From Octopus vulgaris (Eukaryota): DNA of 64,000 bases. Position 1 is the first letter of the stretch. The number at the start of each line of letters is the position of its first letter. Position numbers and translations under genes: made by a program. The notes beneath the pieces were generated by a model, which had not been told where the DNA came from, made no database searches, and saw nothing but the letters and a program-made list of their open reading frames with translations. Below, in pieces: positions 13,565 through 28,063 of the stretch. The stretch spans positions 49,724,001 to 49,788,000 of the forward strand of contig OX597833.1 of assembly GCA_951406725.2 (NCBI GenBank), written 5' to 3'.

Positions 13565-13600
<36 letters not shown>

Positions 13601-13978
13601 CGTATATATATATATATGTGTGTGTGTGTGCACATGCATTTGTGTGTGTATATATACATGTATATATACATGTGTATATACATGTATATACGTATGAATA
13701 TATATGTATGTATATATATATATATATGTATACATATATATATATATATATATATATATGTAGAGAGAGAGAGAGAGCGAGAGAGGGAGATTTATATTAC
13801 ATTATATATATATATATATATGTGTGTATGTGCGTATAAATAAATACATACTTATATATACACACACGCATTTCTCTTACGCGCATATTTATGTGTATCA
13901 TATATAAACATACGTGTCTGAGTACATATACATGAATAGTCACGTGTGTACCATGCATACATTTGTTGCTGGAATAAT

Positions 13979-14038
<60 letters not shown>

Positions 14039-14074
14039 CAGATTGATAGATAGAGAGATAGATGTGTATGTGTT

Positions 14075-14158
<84 letters not shown>

Positions 14159-14609
14159 AGTGTGTAAGAATGAGAGGAAAAATAAAATTAGTAAAGAAGA
14201 ATATGGTTTGGTCAGACGTAGCGGAAAATAGGAAATAGGTAATTGGAAGAATGAGGATGTAAATTCCAGAGAATTATTGTCCATCTAATATGGAGTTGGT
14301 TGGTCGTGATTGCCACTGGGTGTTTGTTTAACACCTCTCAGCGGCAATATAATGTCAATATATTAAGAATTTATCTTCTAATGCATTTAGTATATCTTTA
14401 TCATCGTTGCACAAATTCGTGCCACTGGTCACTCTGAGATATTTCTCTTATCTCTTGTTCTCTTTATTTATGGATCCGTATATAAATATACACACACATA
14501 CATAATTATATATGCATTCATGCATGCATGCATGCATGCATATATACATGTATGTACATATATATGTATGTATTTATGTACTATGTATGTATGTATGTAT
14601 GTATGTATG

Positions 14610-14672
<63 letters not shown>

Positions 14673-15335
14673 TATGTATGTATGTATGTATGTTTGTATT
14701 AAGTATGTATGTATGTAAGTATGTATGTATGTATGTATGTATGTATGTTTGTATGTAAGTATGTATGTATGTATGGATGTGTGTGTGTATGTATGTATGT
14801 ATGTATGTATGTATGTTTGTATGAAAGTATGTATGTATGTATGTATGTATGTATGTTTGTATGTAAGTATGTATGTATGTATGTATGTATGTTTGTATGT
14901 ATGTATGTATGTATGTATGTATGTTTGTATGTAAGTATGTCTGTATGTTTGTATGTATGTACGTATGTACGTATGTATGTATGTATGTATGTATGTTTGT
15001 ATGTAAGTATGTATGTATATCTAAAAAATACAAAAATGAGACAAGAACGCAAAACATCCAGACAGGTGAAATAAAAAAGGGACAACAAAACATCCAGACA
15101 GACGATACAAAGGAAACAAGGACGGTTCATTCGGAGTTTTCATTCTTCAGTTGTGTTCCAGATTATCTTTGCAATTTCGGTTGGTTATACTCAAGATTGC
15201 TCCAATCTGGCCAGACCAATTAAAGACTAAGCTAAGAGCACAAGATTCTTTGGAAGAAAGCAGCGAATGTATACGAAAACAAGTACTGAAATGGTACACA
15301 AATACAAATAACAGGGCATTAACAACGGATATATG

Positions 15336-15369
<34 letters not shown>

Positions 15370-15493
15370 TGTATGTATGTATGTATGTATGTATGTATGT
15401 ATGTATGTATGTATGTATGTTTGTATGTATGTATGTATTTATGTATGTATGCATACATAAATGTATATATGCATACATATATATATAAATATT

Positions 15494-15546
<53 letters not shown>

Positions 15547-16004
15547 ATGTATGTATGTATGTATGTATATGTGTGTGTGTGTGTGTGTGTGTGCGTGTCT
15601 AAGCGTCAATGTGTGTTTGTATTCATATATGTCTATATGTTGGTATATTTATTTTGATACAAAGGTAAACTTTGTAAGGAAAATGGAGAGCGGAATGGAA
15701 GAACTACATGGATAATGGAAGTGATGCACAGATATTTATACAAGGATACAGATAGTTATTCCATGACATGACTAGAGTGGACTTAAGAGACATTTTATAG
15801 ATGACAGAAGATAATGAAATAGTGATAGATAGATATCTAGGAATCTAGATGGTTAGATAATGGGAGGAACAGACCGCCGGAAAGATAGGTAACCGGATGG
15901 AAAGAGTCAGTGCGGTGGAAATGCTCTAGAAATTAAGTGATAGAGGTTTTTCATAGAAGCCAAGGAAATGGATAGGAAAATGGAGAAGATAGATAGACAG
16001 ACAA

Positions 16005-16065
<61 letters not shown>

Positions 16066-16091
16066 CAGACAAATAGATAGATAGATAGAAC

Positions 16092-16166
<75 letters not shown>

Positions 16167-16190
16167 GGATTGATTGATTGATAGATAGAC

Positions 16191-16228
<38 letters not shown>

Positions 16229-16254
16229 GTAGATAGATAGATAGATAGATAGAT

Positions 16255-16294
<40 letters not shown>

Positions 16295-16353
16295 GGATTG
16301 ATTGATTGATAGATAGACAGATAGATAGTTAGATAGATAGATAGGTAGATAGG

Positions 16354-16434
<81 letters not shown>

Positions 16435-16445
16435 GGATAGATAGA

Positions 16446-16765
16446 TTTCTTTATTGGCCACGCAGGGACAAAATACAAAGTAGAGCTTTTCTTTTTGGGA
16501 AGAAGGGGAGAGGAAAAAAAGAAAAAAAATAAGAAAGGAATGGGCGAATTCCGATCAAAAGGGATCGTGAAAAAATGGGGGAGGGGAATTCCGGTCAAAA
16601 GGAATCATGCAAAAAAATGTGGGGCCGATCAATAGGGATCGTGTATCACAGAAATGTCAATGTAAAAAGGGAAAACAGATTAGGTTTGTCCGTGGATAGA
16701 AATGCCTACGGAAAAGACCACGGGAACCTTGGGCAAAGTGTTATGCAAAAAGAAAACACATAACA
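16446..16765 (-). mobile_element. Probable non-LTR retrotransposon 3' UTR remnant within (GATA)n
   Basis: Minus strand ends gtggccAATAAAgaaa directly into (tcta)n; (GATA)n tracts on both sides. Confidence 0.4.
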
Positions 16766-16828
16766 GTAAGTGGGTCTCTTTTTTCGTTTCGTGTTTTTTT
16801 TTTACTTTTTCTTTTTTTTAGATAGATC

Positions 16829-16859
<31 letters not shown>

Positions 16860-17132
16860 GCATGGATGGATGGATGGATGGATGGATGGAAAGAAATAAT
16901 GGTAGAGAGAGAAGATATAATAGAATCTGTAGAACAACAATAATAACAATTAAAACAATGGCCGCCATTACATATAATGTTAGTAGTAGTAGTAGTAGTA
17001 GTAGCAGCAGCAGCAGCAGTAGCAGTAGCAGCAGTAGTTGTAGTAGTAGTAGTTGTTGTTGTTGTTGTAGTAGTAGCAAGAGTTTCAAAAAGGAAGAGAA
17101 GGAAGAGGAAGAAGAAGAAGAAGGGGAAGAAG

Positions 17133-17163
<31 letters not shown>

Positions 17164-17168
17164 TGATA

Positions 17169-17217
<49 letters not shown>

Positions 17218-17324
17218 CATCGCAAAAGATGAAGAAGAAGAAGAAGAAGAAGAAGAAGAAGAAGAAGAAGATGATGAAGAAGAAGAAGAAGAAGAAGAAG
17301 AAGAAGAAGAAGAAGAAGAAGAAG

Positions 17325-17355
<31 letters not shown>

Positions 17356-17726
17356 GACAGCGATAAGAAAAACATGGAAGAAGTCGTATAAAAGAGAAGG
17401 GATGAAACTTTAAATGTCATTGAGTGAAAGGTTGATGGATGAAGTTCCGGTAGAATTTAAATAAGAACGAGATATTTGCTCTCCACTTCCATCATATCTC
17501 GCTGAGCCTCTCCGCACTGTTGAGATGCGAAAGCAACAGTAGCAAAGGCATCATCATCATCATTATCATCATCAGCAGCAGTAGTAGCGGCAGCAGCAGC
17601 GGCAGCAGCAGTAGTATAAACTAGAGACGTAGCCGCTTTTATGGTAGGTGGTTCAGCTAGAAATAGCAGACAAATCTCCCTCAAAATCACACCTGATCGT
17701 CTTTAAACATTTTCAAGACGCAAATA

Positions 17727-17899
17727 GGCGGTGGGCGTGGCTGTGTGGTAAGAAGCTTGCCTCACAACCATATGTTTCCATGTTCAGTCCCACTGCGTGA
17801 CACCTTGAGTAGGTGTCTTTTACTGTAGCCTTGGGTCAACCAAAATCTTGTGAGTGAATTTGGTTGATAGAAACTGAAAGAAACCCGTCGTATATATGA

Positions 17900-17963
<64 letters not shown>

Positions 17964-18146
17964 TCTTTACTTGTTTCAGTCATTTGACTGTGGCCATGCT
18001 GAGGGCACTGCATTTAGTCGAGCAAATCGACACCAGGACTTATTCTTTGTTAGCCTAGTACTTATTCTATCGGTCATTTTTGCCGAACTGCTAAGTTACG
18101 GGGACGTAAACACACCAGCATTGGTTGTCAAGTGATGGTGGTGGGG

Positions 18147-18231
<85 letters not shown>

Positions 18232-18406
18232 TTCGACGGGCTTCTTTCTGTTTTCGTCTATCAAATACCATTCACTAGGCTTTGGTAGGCCCGAAGCTAT
18301 AGTAGAAGACACTTACGCAAGATGCTACGCAGTGGGACTGAACCGGGAGCCATGTGGTTGGTAAGCAAGCTACAAGCTACTTACCACACAGCCACTCCTA
18401 CGCCTG

Positions 18407-18439
<33 letters not shown>

Positions 18440-18655
18440 GTATTTGTCTATATTTATGTCTATGTGTTTTTGTGTCTATGTTTGTCTCCCCGCCATCGCT
18501 TGATAACTTATGTTGGTGTGTTTACATCCCTGTAACGTGGCGGTTCCGCAAAAGAGTCCGATAGAATAAGTACTAGGCGGTCGAACTCTTCGACAAAAAC
18601 ACTTCAAGTCGGTGCTCCAGCATGGCCCCTGTCAAATGACTGAAACAAGTAAAAA
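17727..18655 (+). mobile_element. SINE family A split by a nested copy
   Basis: The 5' half (17727-17890) and 3' half (~18460-18655) flank an inverted copy. Confidence 0.85.
17961..18404 (-). mobile_element. SINE family A nested in the internal (TA)n of another copy
   Basis: Complete reverse-strand copy with (TA)n on both sides. Confidence 0.88.
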
Positions 18656-19153
18656 CAAATAAAAAAACAAATAAAAAAACCAAAAGATTAATAAAATGTA
18701 GGAGTGGTCATAGCTGCTATGCACTTGACAATGGACCGACTGGATCAGATGTGACCAAGGGTTAAACAACATCAAGAACAGCAATACTGAAATCAACATG
18801 ACTGCACTTCAAGTAATCCCATAATTCAAAGCGAGCGAAAAAGAAATTCCATCCTGTGAAGACAGTCATTATTTAAGATGCAATGTCACGTGTTTATTTC
18901 AAGTCGGTTTTTTTTTTGTATGTTTGTGTTTTATTCCTTCTATTTTTCTATGATCTCTTAACTTGTTGACATTCCGAGTAAATCAGACAGTCTACAGAAA
19001 TAAATGTATAATTGATGTTGGAAATGACTGATAGACATGGCTAGAATATCTTAGAGAAATACATGTGGGATACTTTCTTTTTTATGTAAGAAAATTTGAA
19101 TATTTGAATCACTGCATTATGTGTATGTGTGTGTTTTTGTCTGTCTGTCTGCC

Positions 19154-19240
<87 letters not shown>

Positions 19241-19394
19241 TCTAGTAAATTCTGTTCTATTTCTCTAACTAGCTACAGATGGTAGCACATATTCATATGA
19301 ACTCTCTCTCTTTCATTCTTTCTTTCTCTGTCTCTCTGTCTGTCTGTCTGTCTCTGTCTCTGTCTCTGTCTCTCTCTCTGTCTCTCTCTGTCTC

Positions 19395-19478
<84 letters not shown>

Positions 19479-19607
19479 TGAATCTATAGATAGACGGACG
19501 GATTGAAGGATGGATCGACGGACAGATGGATAGATAGAGAGGTAGACGCTTATATAGATATGATGTACGTATATATAAACATACCTGCACGCGCGCGTAC
19601 ACACACA

Positions 19608-19691
<84 letters not shown>

Positions 19692-20369
19692 CTTACACAC
19701 ACTCTCTATATATTTCGGTATTGGCCTAAAAGTAATTGCTATTTCTCACTAGTCATGTTTTGAGAACTTCTTTTGTTCGTTATCAACAACGTATTTATCA
19801 ATAGAACATGACCTGTCAAAAGATGGATGAAATTAATGCAGGGTCAACGACCATCAAACAAAAGCATCGGACCTCAGATATCCCGAGTAATGTCTGACTT
19901 GCTGGCAGACCACTGAGAGCGAGACACCGCTCAGCTTTTGTTAAGGTATATCTTTAGGAGAGGGTCACTGTGATATAAAACCAGATATGCAGGGAATGGC
20001 ATTGAGCACTTTGAGGATCTTTCTTGCGCTTCAGATCATGGTGGGCCTGTTTTCTTAAACCTGCGACCCATATTGGCACGGAATATCTAGCCCTAACTTG
20101 TCTCTCTCAACAGGGGGGACAGGGTCTGTGAGGTGCTATGCAAGTCTTACTGGACCTAAAATTTTAGGTTGTCCAATATCCAGCGAAGCGACTCTCCGAT
20201 GTAGGATCTTGTAGGTGGGCGCCGCGGAAAGCATGCAAACCGCGGACGCTAACCCGTGCGAAACCGACGAGCAAAGCTACCATTTGACATTGGCAATGGT
20301 CAGTGATGGTCTTCGTCGGTCACGAGTGGATATATATATAGTATATATATATATATATTATATATATAT

Positions 20370-20416
<47 letters not shown>

Positions 20417-20550
20417 TATATATATATTATATATACATATATATATATATAAATATTATATCATATTATATATATATATATATGTATATATATATTGTAT
20501 GTAAGAGTGCGTAAAGATATCTTCTCTCAGTGTATATATCTTTATATACT

Positions 20551-20608
<58 letters not shown>

Positions 20609-21412
20609 ATATATACACGAAGAGAAGATATCTTTACCCACTCTTATATAAAATTTATATATAATATATATATATATACATACACCCATATGTATATATA
20701 TAATATATATATATACATACATATATATATATTATATATATATACATAGATAGACGGTGAGATCTATTGATAGGATACACTATTGTTTGCATTACAAGAC
20801 AGAATATTTGCCAAGATATTTCTCAACCTCTTCAGCTAGAAAAAGAGAGTCCACTAAAAATGTTAATAATTAACATTTATTTATACGAAGAAATTCAAAA
20901 GTAGATTTTTTCGTCTCGATATATATTGTTCAATGGAAGGTTTTTCTCGTCCTTTTTTTCTCAATAGTAAAACGACTGCTCATTTTGATTTTCTTTGAGA
21001 ATTTTGTGGTGATCAGATGGCTAGGAAAGAGCGATAGCGTGATCATAAAGCCACTTATTACACGTAGCTGATGAGCTGTGAAAGCGAGATTTTAAGGCCA
21101 TTCTCGAGAGATTTTATTAGTTATTTTGTTTAATGTGCTGTAATATAAAATGTGGTGTTCTTCAGCATATTTCAGTGTGTAACTATCGCCACACACACAC
21201 ACACACACACACGCACGCACACACATATGCACGTGTATATACATATATAAACACTTATGCTAGAGTGTTTCGAGGTACCAGAAAGAAAGGAAGGAATGAA
21301 GAATAACCAATATATTTATGTATTCTGAAGAATCTCACGATGTAGTCTACCGAAACTAAGACGTTCTCACCTCGTAAAAATGTATGCATATATGTCTGTC
21401 TGTCTGTTTGCC

Positions 21413-21455
<43 letters not shown>

Positions 21456-21801
21456 ATGTATGTATGTATGTATGTATGCATGTGTGTGAGTGTGTGTATG
21501 TATGCATGTAGCCAGGTAGGTATGTATATATGATTGTATATATGAATGTTTGAAAGAATGTATGCAAATATGCAATGAATACATACACGTATAGAAATTT
21601 TGTATACACACACAAATACGTATATACATACACACACATATATACATACACACACGTACACACACACACATACATACACATAATACACACACACACACAC
21701 ATATATATATATACATTCATATATACGTACATATATACATTTATACATTCAGGTGAGTATACTGGCATTGATGTAGCATCATTTGAAATATTGTCCAGGT
21801 A

Positions 21802-21876
21802 AATCTATCTGAAGAAGACTAATCAAATTTACGATAACAAACGTATTTCAAGAGTCCGAAACCCAGGCACTAGATT
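21802..21876 (+). ncRNA. Degenerate type I hammerhead (Penelope-type)
   Basis: aatctat-CTGAAGA-agact...agtcc-GAAAC-ccag-GCA-ctagatt. Helix I and helix II are partly paired and the cleavage triplet is mutated. Confidence 0.45.
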
Positions 21877-22053
21877 CTCCGATTCTGGGTTGTCCATTTC
21901 TCTAACGTTCTTCCTAGAGGTAATACGAAGTTTTATTTTCGCTGCTCTCACGCGTCTTTGCCAGTATATACACAGTGAAGCTTTAATGTAGCGTCGTAAA
22001 TTTATCGCCTGCTATTTCCAGTAAACATTTGAGTCTTGTTGTACCCCTACTCC

Positions 22054-22122
<69 letters not shown>

Positions 22123-22224
22123 TAGATAGATAGATATCGTTCCAATACACCAGAACGTTCGAAGCTTTTGAACCTTTTGAACTTCTTAACTTTTTTGTAC
22201 TTTCTCAACTTTTTTTGTACTTTC

Positions 22225-22443
22225 TGCTTTTTCTATTTGTCGTCTCCTCTGTCCGGCATTCGCCATGATAGATCGCTAGCCACTACACATTCTCTATCTT
22301 CTCATCTTGTTTCTTTCTGTGTTCCTTTCTGTGGAAGAGCGTAGCCTCGAAACGCTAAATACTTTTTCACTTCCCGAGCGTTAAACTGATACATTTGTTT
22401 GTTATCTACAGCACCTGTCTCCATTTTTTTTTTTTAATACTCC

Positions 22444-22445
<2 letters not shown>
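22225..22445 (+). mobile_element. Penelope-like terminal repeat fragment with hammerhead-like core
   Basis: tgtGGAAGAGCgtagcCTCGAAACg; ends in ctcccc(atat)n; an inverted homologue lies at 40376-40620. Confidence 0.6.
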
Positions 22446-22501
<56 letters not shown>

Positions 22502-22733
22502 CTCAGCACAAACTAAAGCATTAAAAATAAGTAAGACAAATGAAAATATACGAAATAAAAATGGAAAATAGCAATGTTGACGTCTATATCTAGCATGTTG
22601 ACCGTCCACTTTTAGTGGTCAGTTCTTTAAATTTTGTATGTAAAAATATTTTAATCTTCGGATTTTTTTTAATATGCTAGGCCACTGGTTTTAATTGATT
22701 AATATCAATTTCCACCCTTATTAAATTTTAAAT

Positions 22734-22777
<44 letters not shown>

Positions 22778-22784
22778 TGTCTGT

Positions 22785-22861
22785 GTGGAGGCGCAATGGC
22801 CTAGTGGTTAGGACAGCGGACTCGCGGTCGTAGGATCGCGGTTTCGATTCCCAGACCGGGC
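22785..22861 (+). mobile_element. SINE family C-related tRNA-like head
   Basis: gtggaggcgcaatggcctagtggttagg...ggtttcgattccc. Confidence 0.7.
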
Positions 22862-23335
22862 AGTCAAATCTCCCTCAAAACACACCTCAGTGTCTTCGAT
22901 AATAAGGACACATTGGGGAACGTAATCTTAGTTGCATTGCATTTTGAGAAAAGATGGGATAGCTACAGCCTAAATTAAGGCTGACCTGGGGTTAAACAAC
23001 ACTGTGGTTGCGTTTATCTTTAACAAATTAAACTTAGGTGCTGAGAAATGAGTTTTTTTTTTTTTTTTTTTTGCAGACACTGAGGTCTTGAATGTTTGTC
23101 ACGTACCCATGCTATTCCCTTCGCTGCCCGTACTTTTCGTTCCGCGTACATGACCGAGATATTTTGTCTGTCACTGACTCAGCAAACAGAGGAGATGTTA
23201 ATAGGTACAGTGTAGTGTGTATATATACAGATTGATAATCTAAAATAGCAAAACGGCTTCGTAATTAACAGCTGTTTATGTAGCCTGCAGAATTTGTTAG
23301 AGAAAACGACAGAAGCTACGCGTATATGCATATTT

Positions 23336-23394
<59 letters not shown>

Positions 23395-23560
23395 AAAACG
23401 TGTAGGTGTTTTAACCATATTTAAACCAGAATTATTTTATGGTTTAAGGGTTGTTGAGTGTATATGTGCGTCAGTGTGTGTGTGTGTATGTGTGTGTACA
23501 TATAACACACATACACACACACATATCATAAATGTGTATTTTATCATATAAAATATGTAT

Positions 23561-23726
<166 letters not shown>

Positions 23727-24226
23727 TATAATATAAATCCATGATATATATATATGTATCATGGATTTATATTATATACACGCACACATACACAAATTTA
23801 TATCTCTCTTTCATCCTCTCTCTCTCACTATATATATATGTGTGCGTGTATGTGTGTGTGTGTGTGTGTGTATACAGGAAAATTATATGTGTGTATGTGT
23901 ATGTATGTGTATATGTGTGTTTGTGTATACAGGTACATTATATATGAGTGAGGGTGTATGTATACGTGTGCATATATATATATATACACGCGCACGCACT
24001 CATACACAAACATATTCTCTTACACACACACACACGCACACATACACACACTCACACACACACACGCACACGTACGTGTTTTTTTTCTCTCATTTTATTC
24101 TTGTTGTTTTATTTTCATTCTTATTTAATGCAAACATTCTTTGAAGAATTCAAGTTTATTAACGGACTGATTATTTTTTTCAAATAAATTTAATACATAC
24201 ACGCGCGCACGTGTGTGTGTATGTAT

Positions 24227-24258
<32 letters not shown>

Positions 24259-25070
24259 ACGCGTGCGTGCGTGTGTCTCCGTGTATCTGTATGTACGTTT
24301 GTTTGTGTTCGTGCTACTGAGTGTAAAACCGATGGCGTCGGTGTTACAATTTTACTGCGAGCGTTTTTCTGTTTTTTCAAGATTAATCATGATTATAATA
24401 AAAGCGAATTAGTCATACGCGACAGTTTTCATCTAATTGTCGCTTAGTTTGATTTTTCTTCTCTTTTGAAAAAAAAATCTACATTTTATAGTCTGAAACA
24501 GGATTTTTGTCTCTGTTTTTTGCTTTTGTTTTCATTATAACCAATTACACTTTCGTGTTTATGACATAAGGCATTGACTAAAATTTATACTTTCTTAGCA
24601 TTATATAGCTTTATTTTAATGATCCTATTGTGGTGCTATGTGATGGGCATTTATAAATGGCTGTTTTTATAATCCAATTCTGCTGAAATTGCAAAAAAAA
24701 ACAAAAAAAAAAAACACACAATGCTGGTTTAATACAAGAAATTACTAAAAACCAAATATCACTTTCACGTGATCCCAATTCCTGTAATTAAATTTAACCA
24801 GAATAACTGCAGAACAACGAATAATTTTCACATTCTGCACAGTATACTTTGGCATGAGGAATCAAACAGACACGATTTAACACAATTAAAATCCAAAGGA
24901 AATTAGAAAAGAAAAATTCAAACGTGAAATATTCTAATCTAGTCGAGAAAGCGACAATGTGTGTATTACAGATGTAAGCGATATTAAATCCGACCTGTTA
25001 TTTTGTAAAGAATTAGATAATATGGCCTATGGTTAGTTGCTAGTGATCATCAAAAGTAATAGGATAACTT

Positions 25071-25133
25071 TAGGCGCGATCCCGGGTGAAGCCGACCGCG
25101 GGTGCAGTTCTCGGTGGTAGTAGCAAATATTCA
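25071..25133 (+). pseudogene. 28S rRNA fragment
   Basis: cccgggtgaagccgaccgcgggtgcagttctcggtggtagtagcaaatattca closely matches the conserved LSU segment CCCGGGTGGAGCCGCCGCRGGTGCAGATCTTGGTGGTAGTAGCAAATATTCA. Confidence 0.85.
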
Positions 25134-25444
25134 GAGTTGTGGTAGCACTAGTCTCAAGAAACAAGGGAAACAGGTAAATGAAATAGATCCACGGACGAAG
25201 GTATTGGATGTGGTTTTCACCCTCGGTTTGTCAACATCATTTTCAGACAGTACTTGCATGAAGGACGGTGTTTTCCAACCTATATTCCCCCAGACCCCAC
25301 TATAACTTTCCAGAAAAACGTATGCCCCATCGGTAGCTGGAACAAAAACCACCTTACATAATATTTCATAATTATATATACTTTTCTGCAAGAAATATAC
25401 ACTAGGGCATTAAAATAGTGCCATACTGTAGAAAACAGCAGAAT

Positions 25445-25830
25445 TGGCTGTGTGGTAAGCAGCTTACTTACCAACCACATGGTTATGGGTTCAGTCCCAC
25501 TGCGTGGCACCTTGGGCAAGTATCTTCTACTATAACCTCGGGCCGACCAAACCCTTGTGAGTGGATTTGGTAGACGGTAACTGAAAGAAGCCCGTCGTAT
25601 ATATGTATATATATGTATATGTGTGTGTATATATTTGTGTGTCTGTGTTTGTCCCCCACAACATCGTTTGACAACCGATGCTGATGTTTTTACATCGCCG
25701 TGGCTTAGCGGTTCGGCAAAAGAGTCCGAAAGAATAAGTACTAGGCTTACAAAGAATAAGTCCGGGGATCGAATTGCTCGACTAAAGGCGGTGCATGGCC
25801 ACAGTCAAAAGAATGAAAGAATAAAAGAAT
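25445..25830 (+). mobile_element. SINE family A
   Basis: Head, internal microsatellite and tail (with a small deletion) match the family. Confidence 0.9.
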
Positions 25831-26476
25831 AAACAGAATGCTTGCCTGGAGGAGTGGGTTGGATGCGCTGAGTACAGGTGTAGTATGTTTGCTGTGAAAA
25901 AAACTTTCACATTTCAATGTCCCACAAAAAACAAAAAGAAATTTTGAATCCTACGCCCCACAATTTTCCCACGTCTCACCTGTGGGAATCAATGAGGCAG
26001 AGCATGCAGGATTTGACCTGCAATAGTATATGACTGGGTGGCTTCTGTATAGATATCCAGGTCCTAGTGAGCTGCGGAGACAAGAGGAAGACCACAAGAT
26101 TACTTTAGTGATAAGGGACAAAGCTTTTACGCCATTGTACGAACAGAAGTGAGCAGGCTCGAACTTGTAGCGTAGAGCAGAAGGTGTTGTTGGTACATGT
26201 TTTGTGGTAAGGGTTTTTTGAATGTCCTCTGCCTAGAAGAGGAAGGAAAGAAAACAAAAAAGAAATCGAGTAGCCAGAAGTTACAATGTAAACTGTACCT
26301 GTTATCTATTGGGGGCGTTGAATCGTTTTCTTTTCTGCTACAAATTAGAAGCATCATGTCAAAGTCAGAAATTCTTTGTTGGTGCTTCTACATTGTTTTT
26401 TGTGTCTGTTGTTCTATTTATTATTACTGTTATTGTTGTTGTTGTTGTTGTTGTTGTTTCTTCTTCTTCTTCTTCT

Positions 26477-26508
<32 letters not shown>

Positions 26509-26654
26509 ATCATCATCTTCTTCTTCTCCTCCTCCTTTTTCTTCTTCTTCTTCTTCTTCTTCTTCTTTTTCTTTTTCTTCTTCTTCTTCTTCTTCTTCTT
26601 CTTCTTCTTCTTCTTCTTCTTCTTCTTCTTCTTCTTCTTCTTCTTCTTCTTCTT

Positions 26655-26685
<31 letters not shown>

Positions 26686-28063
26686 TTATTATTATTATTA
26701 TTCTCCTTCTTCTTCTTCTTCTTCTTCTTCTTCTTCTTCTTCCACTTCTTCTTCTTCTTGCACTTGCTGACGTCGTTGTTATTATTGCCTCTATGTAAGC
26801 TAGTATCGGTGTTGTTGTCGTTGCCGTAGCCGTAGCCGTAGCCGTAGCCGTAGCCGTAGCCGTAGTTGCTGTTGATGTTGCTGTTGTTATCCGGTAATGA
26901 TTTCTCGGGAAGAAGATGAAGCCAAAAAAAAAAAATAATAATAAATAAATAAATAAATAAATAAATAGAAATAAATAGAAATAAATAAATAAAGTAGTAA
27001 AAGAAAAGAAAGAAAAAAAAATAAAGAAGAAGAAATCATAATAGACTTGTTTTAGGTTTTTAGATTTAGACTTACACGCGAAAGTGTGTCTTAGCAGGTG
27101 TTGTTATGTTTCAACCCAACATGGCGGTTACTACCGTTCATGCTGGTAGCGCTATTGTCGATGATGTTGCAGCTTGCGTTACCTATCAAAATACATCGGA
27201 AACGATTTTATTGATTCACTTACACTGTAGGAATTCGTAGTTGTTTCAAAATCTTTCCTTCATTTTGTTTTTGCTGTGTCTGTTTCTGTTACTGTTGTTG
27301 TTGTTGTTATTTTTAAGATAATTTTCTCGATTCTTTCTTTAGAACTGTTTACTTCCAAGATATACTGGTTTTAATGCAACACGCTATTATAAATTCTGTA
27401 CGTGAATTTTCAGGATTTCTTGTCGATATTGTAGTTAGTATTCCATCATAATCAGATAGTTTTAAGTGAGAAAAGTTTCGCATCAAATAGTAGCTGTCAA
27501 GTGCCAATCATAATGTTTTGCCATTCTCCGAGCCAATTTGTGCACAGAATACGCCAGTCTATTTAATGGTGTTTCGAAATGGAAAACAGAAAAATTGCTA
27601 GTATCTGGGAGCAGTTCTCATAATCTCATTAGTAATTATACTGTTAAGTCTGTGGATGTTAATGTATCAGTTTCACATCGAACATCATATAGAGGTGAAA
27701 TCATATGAATATTGTAATTTGTTGGTGTGTAGCCTGTTTCCATACAGCGCTAATATGTTAGTATATATCTCGTGCATATACATTATGTACATATTGGAAT
27801 GTATCACTGTATAGCAACTGTTATCATATAGCTTCTGAGATATGATAATTTACCTCGCACGTTATCATATATCTATATGATATTTTAATATGTTAGTTTA
27901 TATCACTTTCTATCGTGCGGCTGTTGTAATACTCAGTTTATATCACGCTAACATAATGGAATATATCTGTCTGTATGACAAATTATGGCACACATACACA
28001 CGCACACACACACACATGCATATACACACTCCTCTTTCTCTCTCTCACACACGCATACACACA

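Noticed and set aside
15110-15200. Hammerhead-like CTGAAGA...GAAT and GAAATTGCAA on the minus strand
   Set aside because: The core and helices cannot be completed; at most a PLE remnant.
16862-17413. 183-aa acidic ORF (poly-S/E/D)
   Set aside because: A compound trinucleotide microsatellite (AGT/GAA/GAT) with no splice or domain evidence.
19712-19830. Mariner-like TIR (ttggcctaaaagtaattgc)
   Set aside because: No partner TIR or convincing transposase; too short to call.
21325-21365. CTGAAGA...GAAAC motif
   Set aside because: No consistent helix I or II and no NUH triplet.
27330-27600. Possible very old Dong/R4 relic on the minus strand (SVHKLARRMAKHYDW)
   Set aside because: The similarity is too weak by eye and needs tBLASTn or an HMM.
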